Assembly: GCA_964622975.1 (NCBI GenBank)
Contig: CAZUTA010000010.1
Location: 16,971-80,970 of the forward strand
Direction of reading: 5' to 3'
Length of the DNA stretch: 64,000 bases
Source of the DNA: an uncultured Bacteriovoracaceae bacterium
GTDB taxonomy: Bacteria > Bdellovibrionota > UBA2394
Part shown: piece after piece, positions 63,371-64,000 of the stretch
Position numbering within the stretch: the first letter of the stretch is position 1
How the letters are laid out: each line of letters opens with the position of its first letter
The notes under the pieces: model-generated
Told to the model about the DNA's origin: nothing
The model's database searches: none
Seen by the model: the letters and a program-made list of their open reading frames with translations, nothing else
Made by a program: the position numbers and the translations under genes

Positions 63371-64000
63371 TCGTCAAAACCTTCTCGAATTTTATACAGC
63401 TTCATCCGAAGCTCAAGAATTCTTCGAGTGGTCCCCAAAATCTCTGCAATTTGAGTATTGGATTGCTCCGGAAACTTCTTGAGGGCCCGGCCGATCAGTT
63501 CTCTTTCTAGATTTTCCTTGAGCAAATCAAGTTTGCTCCAACCATCTTCTACCGGAATGGCAAAAGGAAGCTGGCCCTTGAGGTCCGCATCATCAAATTT
63601 GAGGTTCTCCTCGATGATGATATGACCTTTGAGTTCTAAGGTTGCCCGCTCAATAATTCTTTCAAGTTCCCGAACATTCCCCGGAAAGCTATAGGCCTTT
63701 AATCTTTCAACCGCCTGCGAATCCATCGAAAGAGACGGAAGCTTTAATCGCTGCGCGAGCTTCGTCAAAATTTCACTCACTAAGCCTTCGAGGTCTTCTT
63801 TTCGATCACGCAAAGGAGGGATCTTCGTCGTGACGGACATGAGTTCTTTGAGCAATTCCGAATGAAAACTCTCATCGACTTGCAGCTCAGGACTTGCCGC
63901 CGTTGAGGCAATCACGTGAACACGCCCCTCTCGCAAAATCTCGTACAAACGATCCTGCAAGCGTTTAGGCAAACTCAAAGCTTCGGCCACATAAAGTGTG
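63367..64000 (-). CDS. sigma-54-dependent transcriptional activator (NtrC family), 3' part only; the 5' end lies beyond the window
   Basis: 'IPPLRDRKEDL', 'FPGNVRELERIIERA' and the Fis-type HTH 'NTQIAEILGTTRRILELRMKLY'. The ORF stays open to position 64000. Confidence 0.85.
   Translation of the reverse strand, partial: TLYVAEALSLPKRLQDRLYEILREGRVHVIASTAASPELQVDESFHSELLKELMSVTTKIPPLRDRKEDLEGLVSEILTKLAQRLKLPSLSMDSQAVERLKAYSFPGNVRELERIIERATLELKGHIIIEENLKFDDADLKGQLPFAIPVEDGWSKLDLLKENLERELIGRALKKFPEQSNTQIAEILGTTRRILELRMKLYKIREGFDE

Overview
This window is a chromosomal segment with roughly 50% GC, dense coding and the standard genetic code. No tools were run: every call rests on reading the ORF translations for family motifs and on hand-folding or hand-matching DNA motifs.

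I see no rRNA, CRISPR array, transposase, integrase or prophage genes. Most of the window is core metabolism arranged in three long co-directional arrays.

- **aspS to dapL, plus strand, 13041-24409:** aspS, a lipid kinase, two outer-membrane proteins, then lysA-dapA-dapB-dapL.
- **accD to panC, minus strand, 29995-26318:** accD-folC-panB-panC.
- **ccoS to mscL, minus strand, 49513-36828:** ccoS-ccoNO-ccoQ-ccoP-ccoG-(DsbD_2-like)-ccoI joined by a 4-nt overlap to purS-purQ-purL-purF-DUF4286-mscL.

Other recognisable genes are cinA, pgpA, an M20 dipeptidase, an IHF-beta-like gene, tRNA-Arg(CCT), ettA, hemN, purC, mutS, tatA, ftsK, a CHASE4 hybrid histidine kinase and the 3' part of a sigma-54 enhancer-binding protein.

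About 20 orphan genes are interleaved with these. Nearly all encode signal-peptide or lipobox proteins, including proline-rich, cysteine-rich, PEP-CTERM and beta-barrel types.

The most interesting signals:
- Two near-consensus sigma-54 promoters and two weaker ones, each directly upstream of an orphan exported-protein gene.
- A perfect 7-1-7 Fur box that exactly fills the promoter spacer of an orphan secreted-protein gene.
- An Omp85-type barrel fused to an HExxH peptidase domain and a PD40-like segment.
- An unlisted 51-codon ccoS overlapping a fused ccoNO.
- A hybrid kinase whose H-box histidine is replaced by arginine.
- A beta-barrel gene whose signal peptide lies in a different reading frame.

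Gene content (split purS/Q/L, DapL route, fused CcoNO, sigma-54, PEP-CTERM, many exported orphans) suggests a Bdellovibrio-like or deltaproteobacterial-type lineage. That placement is inference only.
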